Assembly: GCA_963841435.1 (NCBI GenBank)
Contig: CAWJCS010000006.1
Location: 1,376,001-1,440,000, forward strand
Reading direction: 5' to 3'
From: an uncultured delta proteobacterium
Lineage (GTDB): Bacteria > Myxococcota_A > Polyangia > Polyangiales > Polyangiaceae
Length of the DNA stretch: 64,000 nt
Shown: piece by piece, positions 1 to 9,328 of the stretch
Layout of the letters: the number at the start of each line of letters is the position of its first letter
How positions within the stretch are numbered: position 1 is the first letter of the stretch
Notes under the pieces: model-generated
Told to the model about the DNA's origin: nothing
What the model saw: only the letters and a program-made list of their open reading frames with translations
Databases searched by the model: none
Made by a program: the position numbers and the translations under genes

Positions 1-2
1 AG

Positions 3-428
3 GGCGAGGCCATCGATCATGGTTTACGCGCCATCGCGCACTTTAGCGACATCAAGTCGCGCTTCACGCACAGTCATTCCACCGGAGTCTCGACGCTCGC
101 GAGCACGGCGGCGCAACGCCTCGGGCTCGGAGCCGAGGCCGAGCTCACCCTCGCACGAGCCGGGCTCGTCCACGACGTGGGGCGCGTCGCGGTCACCGCC
201 GCAGTTTGGGAAAAGACCGAGCCCTTGACCGACACGGAGCGCGAGCAGATCCGCCTGCACACCTACGTGGGCGAGCGCGTCCTCGCCCGGGCAGCGAGCC
301 TCGCTTCGGCCGTGGAGGTCGCCACGCTCGCGCCCCGACAGCGTGGCGGCCGTGCTCGGCGCGGCAGGGCATGCCGTGCGCGCACCGGAGCGCCCGAGCG
401 GGCTCACCAATCGCGAGGTCGAGCCTAG
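3..428 (+). pseudogene. Remnant of an HD-GYP/LuxR-type regulator (5' part outside window; internal deletion and 3' truncation)
   Basis: Frame 3 reads FSDIKSRFTHSHSTGV...AGLVHDVGRVAV...IRLHTYVGERVL. The expected HHERxDGxGYP block is missing, and the sequence shifts frame to VAAVLGAAGH...PSGLTNREVE (start of a LuxR HTH), which breaks off at the convergent gene's stop. Confidence 0.7.
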
Positions 429-1705
429 GGGACGAGACCCTCGAGCAAGCCGGCGGCCACGCGCGGTGCATCGTAGCGGCCCAGCGCTTCACCGATTGCC
501 TTGGCGCGTGCCGCGTAGCTTCCGTCTGCGAGCACCTTCTGCACGGCAGCGCGGATTTTCTGCGGCCGCGGCGTGTGGGCCTTCAGATCGACGCCGGCCC
601 CTGACCAGGCGACGCGCGCGCAGATATCGGGTTTCTCCTCGGTGCGACCGGCGCAGACGAGCGGCACCCCGTAGCGGAGCGCCATCTGGACGCCACCATA
701 ACCAGCATTCGTGATCATGGCGCCGACGTGAGGCAGGAGGTGGTGGTACGAGACGAAAGGCTCGACGCGGACGTTCGCGGGCAGAGGCCTATCGATGGTG
801 CTGCCGCCGGTCGTCACGACGACGAGCATGTCCTCTCCTTCGAGCGCCCCGAGCGTGGGCAGGATGAGCTCGCCAGGGTCGGAGCGCACGGTTCCTTGCG
901 TGACGAGCACCACCGGGCGTCCCGCGCCGAGCTCTGACCACCACGGCGGCGGCGCGAATGATTCGGGCACGGGTGGCAGCAGCGGACCGATGAAATGAAC
1001 CTTCGACGGGAGCTCGTTGCGCGGGTACTCGAACTCGGGGGCCGTGGCTTGAAGCCACACGTCACAGACCTCGAGCGACCAGTCGGCGAACCAACGCCCG
1101 GCGGGGGGCAAACCCAAGCTCGCCCGCACCTCGTCGCCGTGGCGAGTGGCCTCGTTCAAGAGCATGGAGCTCATGAACCAGGTGAGCATGCGATTGCGGA
1201 GCCGACCCAACGTGCCCGCGAGCGGTTTCAAACCGAGACCGAACGGGGGCACGTCGGGAGCGCTGAGGCCCAGGACGCTGATCGCAAACACCGCGCGCGG
1301 CAGGCTCAGCTTCTCGCAGGCGTAGAGCGCGCCCAGCGTCACGTTGTCCGAAAGCACGACGTCCACGGGATGGGCGTCGAGCAGCTCGCGAATGTCCTCG
1401 TACTCCTTGAGCGCGACGTCGTAGCAGAGGTGCCGAACGTCGAACTTCGCGGCCGCGAGCCCCCTGAGCTTCTCGGCGTTCGGGTCGATGGACGCGCGAT
1501 AGCCTTGCACCGTGTCACGACCGCCGTAGTCCGGTGGGCGCTTGACCGGCGCATGCTCGGCGCCGGTCGCTCTCACAGCTTCCGCGAACGCGGTTCCCGT
1601 ATACCAGGTGACGCGATGGCCGCGCGCGACCAGCTCTCGAGCGAGAGGCAGGAGCGGATTGACGTGACCGTGCGCCGGCTTGGTGCAAAAGAGAAAGGCC
1701 GCCAT
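425..1705 (-). CDS. GT1 (MGT/UDP-glycosyltransferase family) glycosyltransferase
   Basis: N-terminal PAHGHVNP, VLVTQGT, and the PFVSYHHLLPHVGAMITNAGYGGVQMAL signature; start placed at MAAFLF. Confidence 0.92.
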   Translation of the reverse strand: MAAFLFCTKPAHGHVNPLLPLARELVARGHRVTWYTGTAFAEAVRATGAEHAPVKRPPDYGGRDTVQGYRASIDPNAEKLRGLAAAKFDVRHLCYDVALKEYEDIRELLDAHPVDVVLSDNVTLGALYACEKLSLPRAVFAISVLGLSAPDVPPFGLGLKPLAGTLGRLRNRMLTWFMSSMLLNEATRHGDEVRASLGLPPAGRWFADWSLEVCDVWLQATAPEFEYPRNELPSKVHFIGPLLPPVPESFAPPPWWSELGAGRPVVLVTQGTVRSDPGELILPTLGALEGEDMLVVVTTGGSTIDRPLPANVRVEPFVSYHHLLPHVGAMITNAGYGGVQMALRYGVPLVCAGRTEEKPDICARVAWSGAGVDLKAHTPRPQKIRAAVQKVLADGSYAARAKAIGEALGRYDAPRVAAGLLEGLVP

Positions 1706-1956
1706 GAACCCTCGCGGGCATCTTAACACTACTGTCAGAGTCTTGGAGGAACAGATCACGATCCAGCAGAGAGAACATGAGCCACGAAAGCAACTGGCGC
1801 GGCCAGCGGGCGGCCGCCTTCGAGCACGAAATGGACGCAAGACGTGGGCGCCGCCGTCCGAAAAGTTCGCCGCTCGCCAATCTGCGAATTTCTCGAAGGA
1901 AACGCGAATCTCTGACAGTAGTGATTAAGGCCTACGGCGCCGGAGCAAAACCCCTT

Positions 1957-2919
1957 CTAGTCAGTCCGCACACACGTATAGTCGCACTCGGGGTCGGTCG
2001 TTCCGGCGAGCCCGGCGAGCACGCGGAAGTTCTGGCCAATCGGGCAAAGCGTCACCCCGGTGAGTTGCATGACCGGCGACATCGAGATGCCGGGGGTCGG
2101 GTCGCTGAGGCAGTCGAATCCGCCCACGACCCAATCGGAGTCGAGCTCGCAGGCGTACTCGCCAGGGCGAGTCAGGTTCGTGAACATGACGGCGCCGGTG
2201 GCGTGGTCCACGGTGACGACCGTGAGCTCGTCCCCAGCGTCGGGACAATGGGAGGCGCAGGCACCAGCGTTGCACTCTCCTCCGCAATCGACGTTGCGGG
2301 AAAGGACCCGGCCGGTCGGGAAGAGGTCGTAGCAGCGAGGATCGGGGTTGGGCTGGCCGCAGAAGAAGCCCGACGCAGGAGCTTTCTCACAGTAATATTC
2401 GACGAGGTTTCCGTCGGCGTCGCACTCGTCCGTGAAAGTGCCGTCGGTGCCAGTCGTCGTGCTGGGCGTCGTATGGCCGCTGAGCTCGGCGTCTTCGTCC
2501 GGATCGTCACAGAGCGGCGCGCCGGCAGCCCCGCCGATGCCGCCCTGCGCGCCTCCGGTCCCGGCCCCGCCGGCCTGTCCTGCAACGCCGCCTTGGCTCA
2601 TGCTTCCCGCGTCGCCGGCCGCGCCAGCCTGTTCGGTGCCGCCCGTTGCTCCGGCCGTGCCAGCGCTATCCGTCCCGCCGGATCCCGGAGCACCGCCCTC
2701 GTCGGCGCCCGCGTTGCCGCCCGCGTTGCCGCCGTTGTCCGTTCCGCCCGCCCCGGCGCGCCCGGCTCCACCTGCTCCGCCCGTGCCTCCGCGGCCCGAC
2801 TGCGAGCCCGCCGCGCCGCCCGAGCCTTCGGCAGCTCCCCGCCCGGCGCTCTTTCCACACGACACGGTGGCGAGCACCGCCAGCGCCACTAGCACACGTT
2901 TGCGGACCTCCCGACGCAT
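1957..2919 (-). CDS. Lipoprotein with Gly/Ala-rich linker and Cys-rich C-terminal domain
   Basis: Basic N-terminus, hydrophobic stretch, lipobox-like TVSC, Gly-rich linker and many Cys. Confidence 0.75.
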   Translation of the reverse strand: MRREVRKRVLVALAVLATVSCGKSAGRGAAEGSGGAAGSQSGRGGTGGAGGAGRAGAGGTDNGGNAGGNAGADEGGAPGSGGTDSAGTAGATGGTEQAGAAGDAGSMSQGGVAGQAGGAGTGGAQGGIGGAAGAPLCDDPDEDAELSGHTTPSTTTGTDGTFTDECDADGNLVEYYCEKAPASGFFCGQPNPDPRCYDLFPTGRVLSRNVDCGGECNAGACASHCPDAGDELTVVTVDHATGAVMFTNLTRPGEYACELDSDWVVGGFDCLSDPTPGISMSPVMQLTGVTLCPIGQNFRVLAGLAGTTDPECDYTCVRTD

Positions 2920-3081
2920 ACTCAGTAAGGGAAGCACGCAACAGCCGTTCCTGCAACGGCGCCGGGCTCATCGCACGAGCACGCTGGCTCGGGCATGGGG
3001 CACGTTCTTCTGGCCGCGTGGGTGATGAACCGTGAGAAGAAGCCTCGGCCGGAGGCGAAGGTGAAGAGGTGAAGGGGGGTC

Positions 3082-3209
3082 GTGAAGGGCGCAGAAGGTG
3101 AAGGGCGCAGAAGGTGAAGGGCGCAGAAGGTGAAGGGCGCAGAAGGTGAAGGGCGCAGAAGGTGAAGGGCGCAGAAGGTGAAGGGCGCAGAAGGTGAAGG
3201 GCGCAGAAG
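3082..3209. repeat. 8 perfect tandem copies of the 16-mer GTGAAGGGCGCAGAAG
   Basis: Counted directly; flanked by degenerate GTGAAG-rich sequence (about 3055-3245). Confidence 0.95.
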
Positions 3210-3408
3210 GTGAAGGGGGAGAGTGAAGCGATCGTGAAGAGGGGAGGGCGGGGGCTTCTGCTTGCTGGGCCAGGGTGCCAGCGTGCTCGGCCGCGTCCAG
3301 GCCGGGGCCGCGCTCACGCGCGGTGCGCTGCGCGCAGCCTGGACACGGCCTGCGCGCGCTGACGGGAGGGTGGGGCTCGCAAGAAGCGGGCGGAAGGAGA
3401 AGGCACTC

Positions 3409-3735
3409 ATGGCTCTTCAGGTTGCATCGCTCAGTATCGAAGCAGTGGAGGCGCTCAGGCCGCTCGTGCCGCGCATCAAGCGGCATGATCGGTCGCTGGC
3501 CGATCAGCTCGTTCGCGCTGCAAGCAGCGTGGCGCTGAACATCGCCGAGGGGGAGCATTCGGATCCCGGGAACCGCCGGGCGCGGTTCTATTCGGCGGCG
3601 GGGAGCGCGAATGAAACGCTGGCCGCGTTGAAGGTCGCTGCGGCTTGGGGCTACTTCCCGGCAGGAGAGGCCGAGGCGGCGGCGGTGTTGTTGCGAAGGA
3701 TCATCGGGATGCTTTGGAAGCTCACGCGGGGGTGA
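3409..3735 (+). CDS. Four helix bundle protein (TIGR02436 / 23S rRNA IVP / Avd-like family)
   Basis: LADQLVRAASSVALNIAEG...RFYSAAGSANE motif; 108 aa; purine-rich RBS upstream. Confidence 0.9.
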   Translation: MALQVASLSIEAVEALRPLVPRIKRHDRSLADQLVRAASSVALNIAEGEHSDPGNRRARFYSAAGSANETLAALKVAAAWGYFPAGEAEAAAVLLRRIIGMLWKLTRG

Positions 3736-4165
3736 TCTCAGTGAGGCCGATCCCGAAGGCCAAACGGGACTTGGGCAGTCGAAGGGGGAAGAGGATCGTA
3801 AACGCCGGGCGCGCGCGCTGATCCTTCTCGCGTGTGGCGCATCCGCGCCGAAGGGCAGCGCGACCCCTTCGGTGCAGTCATCGCCTGCTTCCAAGGCGTC
3901 GAGTACGGTAGCGCGCGCAATGGCGGACTTGCTCAACAAGCAGGGGTTCACATTGGGCGCCACCATCGAAAGCACCGAGCAGGCCTGCCGCTTGGCGGGC
4001 GGCACGCGCACCCGCGTGCCTTGCGATTGATGCGGTATTTTGCTCTGCAGTGACCGATGCCGCCGCGGAAGCTGAGAGGCTTCCCGGCGTTTCGGCGTCA
4101 CTGCGGCCGGCATGCGGCTTGCTACCAAAGCTCCGCGAACAGACTCCGAAGCCAGGGAGCCAGAG

Positions 4166-4708
4166 ATGCGTCACTTTCCCGAGCCAGCCGTCGAGCATCG
4201 ACTCCTCGTCGTGGCGGAAGCCTCGGCCCCTTGCGGCACCTGGGAGGCGCAGGCGCCCCGCGGTGACGTGGTCGTGATCTCCCAGCTCTGCGAGGAAACT
4301 AGTGGTGTTTTTGCCAACCGGCTCGCGGGTCGCATCGAGCGTCTCCGGCTCGCCGGCTTTCGCCCCGATGCGATCATTCTGGCGACAGGACCCGAGGACG
4401 CGAGCGTCGCGGTCTCTCCGCGCATCGCGATGGTCCGGGCGTTGCTCGGGGCGTTCTCTCCGAAGAGGCTGGTGCTCGGGGCTGCCTCGAGCGGCCCGGC
4501 GCCCGCACACTACGAGCTAGAAGCGCTGGCCGCGACCGTGCGGGAGGCGGCTCCCGCGCTCGACGTGCAGGTGGCCGTTGCCCCTGTCGCGCCAGCGCCG
4601 CTCGAGACGGCGAGTGCGCGTCCGGCGCGCGAGGCATCGGGGACTTACCCACGCGCTCGGTTGGCAAGCGACCCCGAGCCGGCGGACAAGGCTCGTCTCA
4701 CGGCCTGA
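4166..4708 (+). CDS. Hypothetical protein
   Basis: Globular-looking ORF with coding-like codon use; start uncertain (4112 or 4166). Confidence 0.6.
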   Translation: MRHFPEPAVEHRLLVVAEASAPCGTWEAQAPRGDVVVISQLCEETSGVFANRLAGRIERLRLAGFRPDAIILATGPEDASVAVSPRIAMVRALLGAFSPKRLVLGAASSGPAPAHYELEALAATVREAAPALDVQVAVAPVAPAPLETASARPAREASGTYPRARLASDPEPADKARLTA

Positions 4709-4869
4709 CTCGATGGGGAGGCACTGTGCCCCAGGTGAGACAACGTGCCATGGTCGTCGGGCCGGCCGGCGCCCCGTTCCAGCGACGCGGCAATCAGCCG
4801 GTGTCCCACCCCTGGTTCTGCAGAAATCCCTCCGGGGAATGGAAAGGTCGCCATCAGGCTCCCGAGCTG

Positions 4870-4960
4870 GGGGGAGGTGAAAGGGGGGACCGGGGTGGCT
4901 GGTGAAGGTGAAGGTGAAGGGGAAGGGAAAGGGGAAGAACGGGAATGGGGAGAGAGGGCG
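4870..4960. repeat. Purine-rich low-complexity tract (GGTGAA x3, then GGGGAA-like units)
   Basis: Seen directly; same strand bias as the tracts near 3055 and 7490. Confidence 0.75.
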
Positions 4961-5015
4961 TCCCGTCAGCACGCGCAGGGAAGGGCTCAGGCCGCTCGGC
5001 GCAAGGTTGCGCGTG

Positions 5016-7319
5016 CTAGGCAGGTCGGGCGGCGCCGGACTCGAGGGTGCGTCCGAATACGAGCACGAGCGTTGCAAGCACGATAGGGACCGTGCCGACG
5101 AGCAGGAAGATCAGGTCCCCGACGATGCGGATCGCTTCGAGGGTGTGAAATGTCCCGCCCGTCAAATATTCCAGTCGGCGCCCGTGCCAGTAGCCATGCG
5201 TCAACACATCCCACAGCTGGAGCACGCCCGCCGGGAATAGATCCAAGAGGATCATCAGTCCGAGGCCAATGTTGAGCCCCCAGAAACTGCGACGGATGTG
5301 TTTTTCGACGCGGACCCAGTCTTCATCGTAGCTCAACGCCCGCAGGCAGAAGAGGAGCACCGCCAGCGCGAGCATCCCGAACACACCGAACATGGCAGCG
5401 TGGCCATGATTGGCGGTTAGAGTCGTTCCCATCTCGAAGTAGGAGACGATGGGGAGGTTGATGAGGAATCCGAACACACCCGCCCCGATGAAGTTCCAGA
5501 CGCCCACGGCGATGAGGAAGCGGATGGCCCATTTCTGCCCGGCAACGAGGGGGCGACCGCAGACGGAACAGGAGCGGTCCTCGAGTCGGACGAAATCCCA
5601 CGCCTCCAGCGTCAGCAGAGTGAGCGGCACGACCTCCAGGGCGCTAAAGCAGGAAGCCAAGCCCATGTTCAGGGTGCTCTGGCCCGTGAAATACCAGTGG
5701 TGGCCCGTGCCGACGATGCCGCCCGAGAGAAACAGGATCGCGTCGAGGTAGATGAGGCGCGTCGTGGACTTCGCTTTCACGAGCCCCAGCTGCACGAACA
5801 TGACCCCAACGAGCACGGTCGCGAAGAGCTCGAAGAATCCCTCGACCCAGAGGTGGATGATCCAGAACCGCCAGTTATCGATGATCGCGTAGTTGGTGTG
5901 GGGCCCGTAGAAGAGTGCGGGCACGTAGAAGAGCGGGATCGCAACGGCGGAGAGGAAGAACAGCGTGGGAAGCTCTCCCTTGCCCGGCTCCTTCATCGCC
6001 GGCCGGAGCGCGCGGAACATCAGGAAGAGCCAGAAGGCCAAACCCGCGGCCAGCAGCACTTGCCAAAAGCGGCCCAGGTCCAAGTACTCACTCCCTTGAT
6101 GGCCGAGCCAGAACCAGAGGCTTCCGATCGCTCCGTTGATGCCCGCCATTTCGCCGAGGAGACTCCCGAAGACGACGACGGCGAGCGCAACGAGCAGGAC
6201 TACCGCGCCGGCGCGCTGCCCTTTGGGCTCCGCGCCTCCCACGAGGGGAGCCAAGAAGAGCCCCCCCGCCACCCAGGCCGTGGCGATCCAGAAGATCGCC
6301 GTCTGCAGATGCCAGGTGCGGGCGAGGTTGTAGGGCAGGAGGCGGGTCAGATCGAGGCCGTAAAATCCGGCGGGTTCGACGCGATAGTGGGCGATGACAC
6401 CTCCCAAGGCCGCCTGCATAAGGAACAGGACGACCACCACGACGAAGTACAAGCCGAGGATCTTCTGGCTGGGCGTCAGCCTCCAATCGTTGAGTCGGCC
6501 CTCCTCAACATGCGCCTTCTGGTCGGCACCCCAGCCCAGGAACTCGAACCTCCCGAACATCGTGAGGATCAGACCGAGTCCGCACAAAAGGACGACCAGG
6601 CTCAGGGCACTCCAGAAGTAGGCCGACGCCGTGGGGGTATTTCCGGCCTCGGGATCGTAAGGCCAGTTGTTGGTGTACGAGTAGTCCGTTCCGGGGCGAA
6701 GGGCCGTCGTGGCCCACGCCGCCCAGGCGAAGTACGCAGTGAGGTCCCGTAGCTCTGCTTCGTCCTTGATGAAGTGCTTGGGCAGGCCTGCGGCTGGCGT
6801 CGTGCCGTCGAAGTAGTTCTTCCACTCCGCTCTCTGAGCGCGGAAGGAGGCCGCCTCCACCGGCGTGAACCGAAGCGTCGAAGTGGCTGGAGCGTGACGA
6901 TTCTGCTTGAGCTCGCGTTTGAGAGCTTCGCCGATCTCCAGGCGCCGGGCCTCGTCCAGAGCGCCTAGGGTGAGTCCGTATTTCGTTTGCGCCAACGTCT
7001 CTCGGCCGATCTCCACCGTGCGATGAAGATACTCAGCCGAGTAGTCGGGCCCCAGGTAAGCACCATGCCCCCAGAGCGTCCCATGCTCCATGAGCGCGTA
7101 TTTGAGGAAGACCTCCTGACCGTGCTCGATGTCTTGGCGCGTGAACAGCCGCTGCCCCGTCGCATCCACCACGGTCCCAGGGATGGGGGGCGCACCTTGA
7201 TAGGTCTTTACGGTCACCAGGCTCAGCAGCGCGAAGCCACCGAGCATGACGATCACCACGGCCCGGCGCCACCAGGGCGACAGCGGAAGGTGGTCGGGGT
7301 CAGAGTGCAACGCGTGCAT
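5016..7319 (-). CDS. norB: Quinol-dependent nitric oxide reductase large subunit (qNor/NorZ)
   Basis: GTLWGHGAYLGPDYSAEYLH, YTNNWPY, HLWVEGFFE, GTGHHWY and HGHAAMFG motifs; 767 aa with many TM helices. Confidence 0.95.
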   Translation of the reverse strand: MHALHSDPDHLPLSPWWRRAVVIVMLGGFALLSLVTVKTYQGAPPIPGTVVDATGQRLFTRQDIEHGQEVFLKYALMEHGTLWGHGAYLGPDYSAEYLHRTVEIGRETLAQTKYGLTLGALDEARRLEIGEALKRELKQNRHAPATSTLRFTPVEAASFRAQRAEWKNYFDGTTPAAGLPKHFIKDEAELRDLTAYFAWAAWATTALRPGTDYSYTNNWPYDPEAGNTPTASAYFWSALSLVVLLCGLGLILTMFGRFEFLGWGADQKAHVEEGRLNDWRLTPSQKILGLYFVVVVVLFLMQAALGGVIAHYRVEPAGFYGLDLTRLLPYNLARTWHLQTAIFWIATAWVAGGLFLAPLVGGAEPKGQRAGAVVLLVALAVVVFGSLLGEMAGINGAIGSLWFWLGHQGSEYLDLGRFWQVLLAAGLAFWLFLMFRALRPAMKEPGKGELPTLFFLSAVAIPLFYVPALFYGPHTNYAIIDNWRFWIIHLWVEGFFELFATVLVGVMFVQLGLVKAKSTTRLIYLDAILFLSGGIVGTGHHWYFTGQSTLNMGLASCFSALEVVPLTLLTLEAWDFVRLEDRSCSVCGRPLVAGQKWAIRFLIAVGVWNFIGAGVFGFLINLPIVSYFEMGTTLTANHGHAAMFGVFGMLALAVLLFCLRALSYDEDWVRVEKHIRRSFWGLNIGLGLMILLDLFPAGVLQLWDVLTHGYWHGRRLEYLTGGTFHTLEAIRIVGDLIFLLVGTVPIVLATLVLVFGRTLESGAARPA

Positions 7320-7483
7320 CAGTCACCTGCTGGGCAATCGTCGGAGTGGATCCGGCGTAGCTGTCGCGATGGGCTTCGAGACAAGCACGGAATGGGGCGC
7401 GGCCCGCCCGATCGCCGCGCCCGCCTTTAGATTGGCAAGGGCGACCCTAGCGCATGCACGGAGCACTTGTCGCCACCCATGGT

Positions 7484-7817
7484 CCGGAGACGAAGGTGAA
7501 GTGTGAAGGGGGGTCGTGAAGGGCGCAGAAGGTGAAGGGGGAGAGTGAAGCGCGCGCTGACGGGAGGGTGGGGCTCGCGAGAAGCGGGCGGAAGGAGAAA
7601 GCACTCATGGCTCTTCAGGTTGCGTCGCTCAGTATCGAAGCAGTGGAGGCGCTCAGGCCGCTCGTGCCGCGCATCAAGCGGCATGATCGGTCGCTGGCAG
7701 ATCAGCTGGTTCGCGCTGCAAGCAGCGTGGCGCTGAACATTGCCGAGGGATCCCGGGACCCCGGCGGTGTTGTTGCGAAGGATCATCGGGATGCTTTGGA
7801 AGCTCACGCGGGGGTAG
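7484..7817 (+). pseudogene. Decayed second copy of the four-helix-bundle unit (3049-3735)
   Basis: Near-identical DNA (ATG at 7607), a single 16-mer copy, and deletions in the leader and in the ORF (frameshifted). Homology ends at the stop codon. Confidence 0.92.
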
Positions 7818-7862
7818 CGTGAGAGTCCCTGGCGGCCGAGTGCCCCGCGGCCGGCCCCCGCC

Positions 7863-7955
7863 GTGTCCGGGACGAGATCGGCGTGTCCGGGACGGGCTCT
7901 GGGTGTCCGGGAAGGCCTCCTTCGCGTCGGGAAGGCCTTCGCCGTGTCGGGGACG
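7863..7955. repeat. Five GTGTCCGGGA-like cores at 20-21 bp spacing
   Basis: Cores at 7863, 7883, 7903, 7924 (degenerate) and 7944 (degenerate), with variable linkers. Confidence 0.75.
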
Positions 7956-7978
7956 CTGTCTGGGTCGGCTGATCACGC

Positions 7979-9328
7979 TCAGCTTGGGGCGCTCCGCTGC
8001 GCCGCTTCCCAGTAGCCCCGCTCCAGCGCCGCCCAGTCACACACGGCGCCCAGGCGGGCGAGCACGGCGAAGAGCCCGAAGCGGATCCGGAAAAGGAAGA
8101 CCAGCCTGCCGGGCAAACGCAGGCGCGCGATGGCGAGCTTGTCGCGCATCACTTGGCCCATCTCGACGACGATGCGCCCCTCCACACGATGGGCGCCGGG
8201 CTGGAGCAGCGGCCCGAAGAAACCGCGCAGGAGGCTCCTGAGGTGACGGTAAACGTCGTCGTTGTCCGACGGCGCGGCGCCGAGAGCGCGCAGTGCGTTG
8301 CAGACGGCACCACGGTCGTCGTCCCGTACCGCCTGGGCGAGCGCCGCGAACGCGCGAGCAACGTCCGGCTCGAACACCCGCACGCAGCCGTAGTCGAAGA
8401 CGACCACGCGGCCGTCCTCGCGAAAGCAGTAGTTTCCGGGGTGAGGATCCGCATGAAACAGGCCGTGGCGATAGAGCGTGCCGATGTAGAAGTCGAACAG
8501 AGCCCGCCCGGCGCCGTTCCTCGCCTCGTCGCTCGCGGTCGCGCAGAAGGACTCGAAGTCGCGCCCGGTCTCCCAGCTGGTGGTGAGCACGCGCGGCGCG
8601 CACCAGTCGTCGTGGACGCGCGGGACCACGATCACGGGGTCGCTCGCGAAGAGTCGCCCGAACATGCGCTGGCGCTCGGCCTCGAGCACGTAGTCGCACT
8701 CCTCGAGCAGTCGGGCGCGCAGCTCCTCCACGAAGTCACGCCCGGTCGCGCCCATGGCGGGCAGCACTGCGGCGGCGATGCCGGTGCCCATGGCCGCGAA
8801 TCCGAAGTCGGAACGGATCGCCTGGTCGATACCGGGGTGCCGTACCTTGACGGCCACGTCGCTGCCATCCGGCAAGTGTCCGCGGTACACCTGTCCGATC
8901 GACGCAATCGAGACGGGCTCGGGATCCAGAGCCCGCAAGAGCTCCTGGCCGCGCTCGCCGAGGTCCTCGCGAAGCACCTTCTCCACCTGATCACGCGGCG
9001 TGGCGGGCGCCTGCGTCTGGAGCAGACCGAGCAGGCTCCGCATCTCGTCGGGCAGGTCCAGCTCGAGGTAGCTGACGATCTGACCGAACTTCATCGGCAG
9101 CCCCTTGAGGTCGCCGAGCTTCTGCACCAGTCCCTCGAGGTCCGCGAGATCGCGCGCCCCGAGCGTGCCGCCACCCCGCGTCGCGGCCCTGGCAATGCGA
9201 CGCGCCAGACTCGCTCCGCCCCCGATCAGCCGGACGGTTCGCCCGAGCCCGCGCCCCGGCCCACGGCGGCTGTCGTCGCGCAAACGGGCCAGAAAGCGCG
9301 CGCGCCGATCGGGAGGATCCTCAGGCAC
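7979..9328 (-). CDS. ABC1/AarF/UbiB family atypical kinase
   Basis: KGLPMKFGQ, ASIGQVYRG, VAVKVRHPG, FHADPHPGNY and DYG motifs; start approximate. Confidence 0.92.
   Translation of the reverse strand: MPEDPPDRRARFLARLRDDSRRGPGRGLGRTVRLIGGGASLARRIARAATRGGGTLGARDLADLEGLVQKLGDLKGLPMKFGQIVSYLELDLPDEMRSLLGLLQTQAPATPRDQVEKVLREDLGERGQELLRALDPEPVSIASIGQVYRGHLPDGSDVAVKVRHPGIDQAIRSDFGFAAMGTGIAAAVLPAMGATGRDFVEELRARLLEECDYVLEAERQRMFGRLFASDPVIVVPRVHDDWCAPRVLTTSWETGRDFESFCATASDEARNGAGRALFDFYIGTLYRHGLFHADPHPGNYCFREDGRVVVFDYGCVRVFEPDVARAFAALAQAVRDDDRGAVCNALRALGAAPSDNDDVYRHLRSLLRGFFGPLLQPGAHRVEGRIVVEMGQVMRDKLAIARLRLPGRLVFLFRIRFGLFAVLARLGAVCDWAALERGYWEAAQRSAPS

Noticed and set aside
3740-4110. Possible small gene or remnant between the four-helix gene and the next CDS
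   Set aside because: Only short coding-like patches in different frames; no family recognised.
2922-4128. Minus-strand ORFs with PSPSAPFTFCALHLLR repeats
   Set aside because: Translations of the 16-bp DNA repeat, antisense to the four-helix gene.
7330-7480. Sigma54 or NO-responsive promoter for qNor
   Set aside because: No correctly spaced -24/-12 element or convincing FNR/NsrR box could be identified by eye.
3409-7817. Diversity-generating retroelement (Avd-like gene plus repeats)
   Set aside because: No reverse transcriptase in the window; the copies differ mainly by deletions rather than adenine-specific changes. The CLec-like lipoprotein at 58719 has no template repeat.
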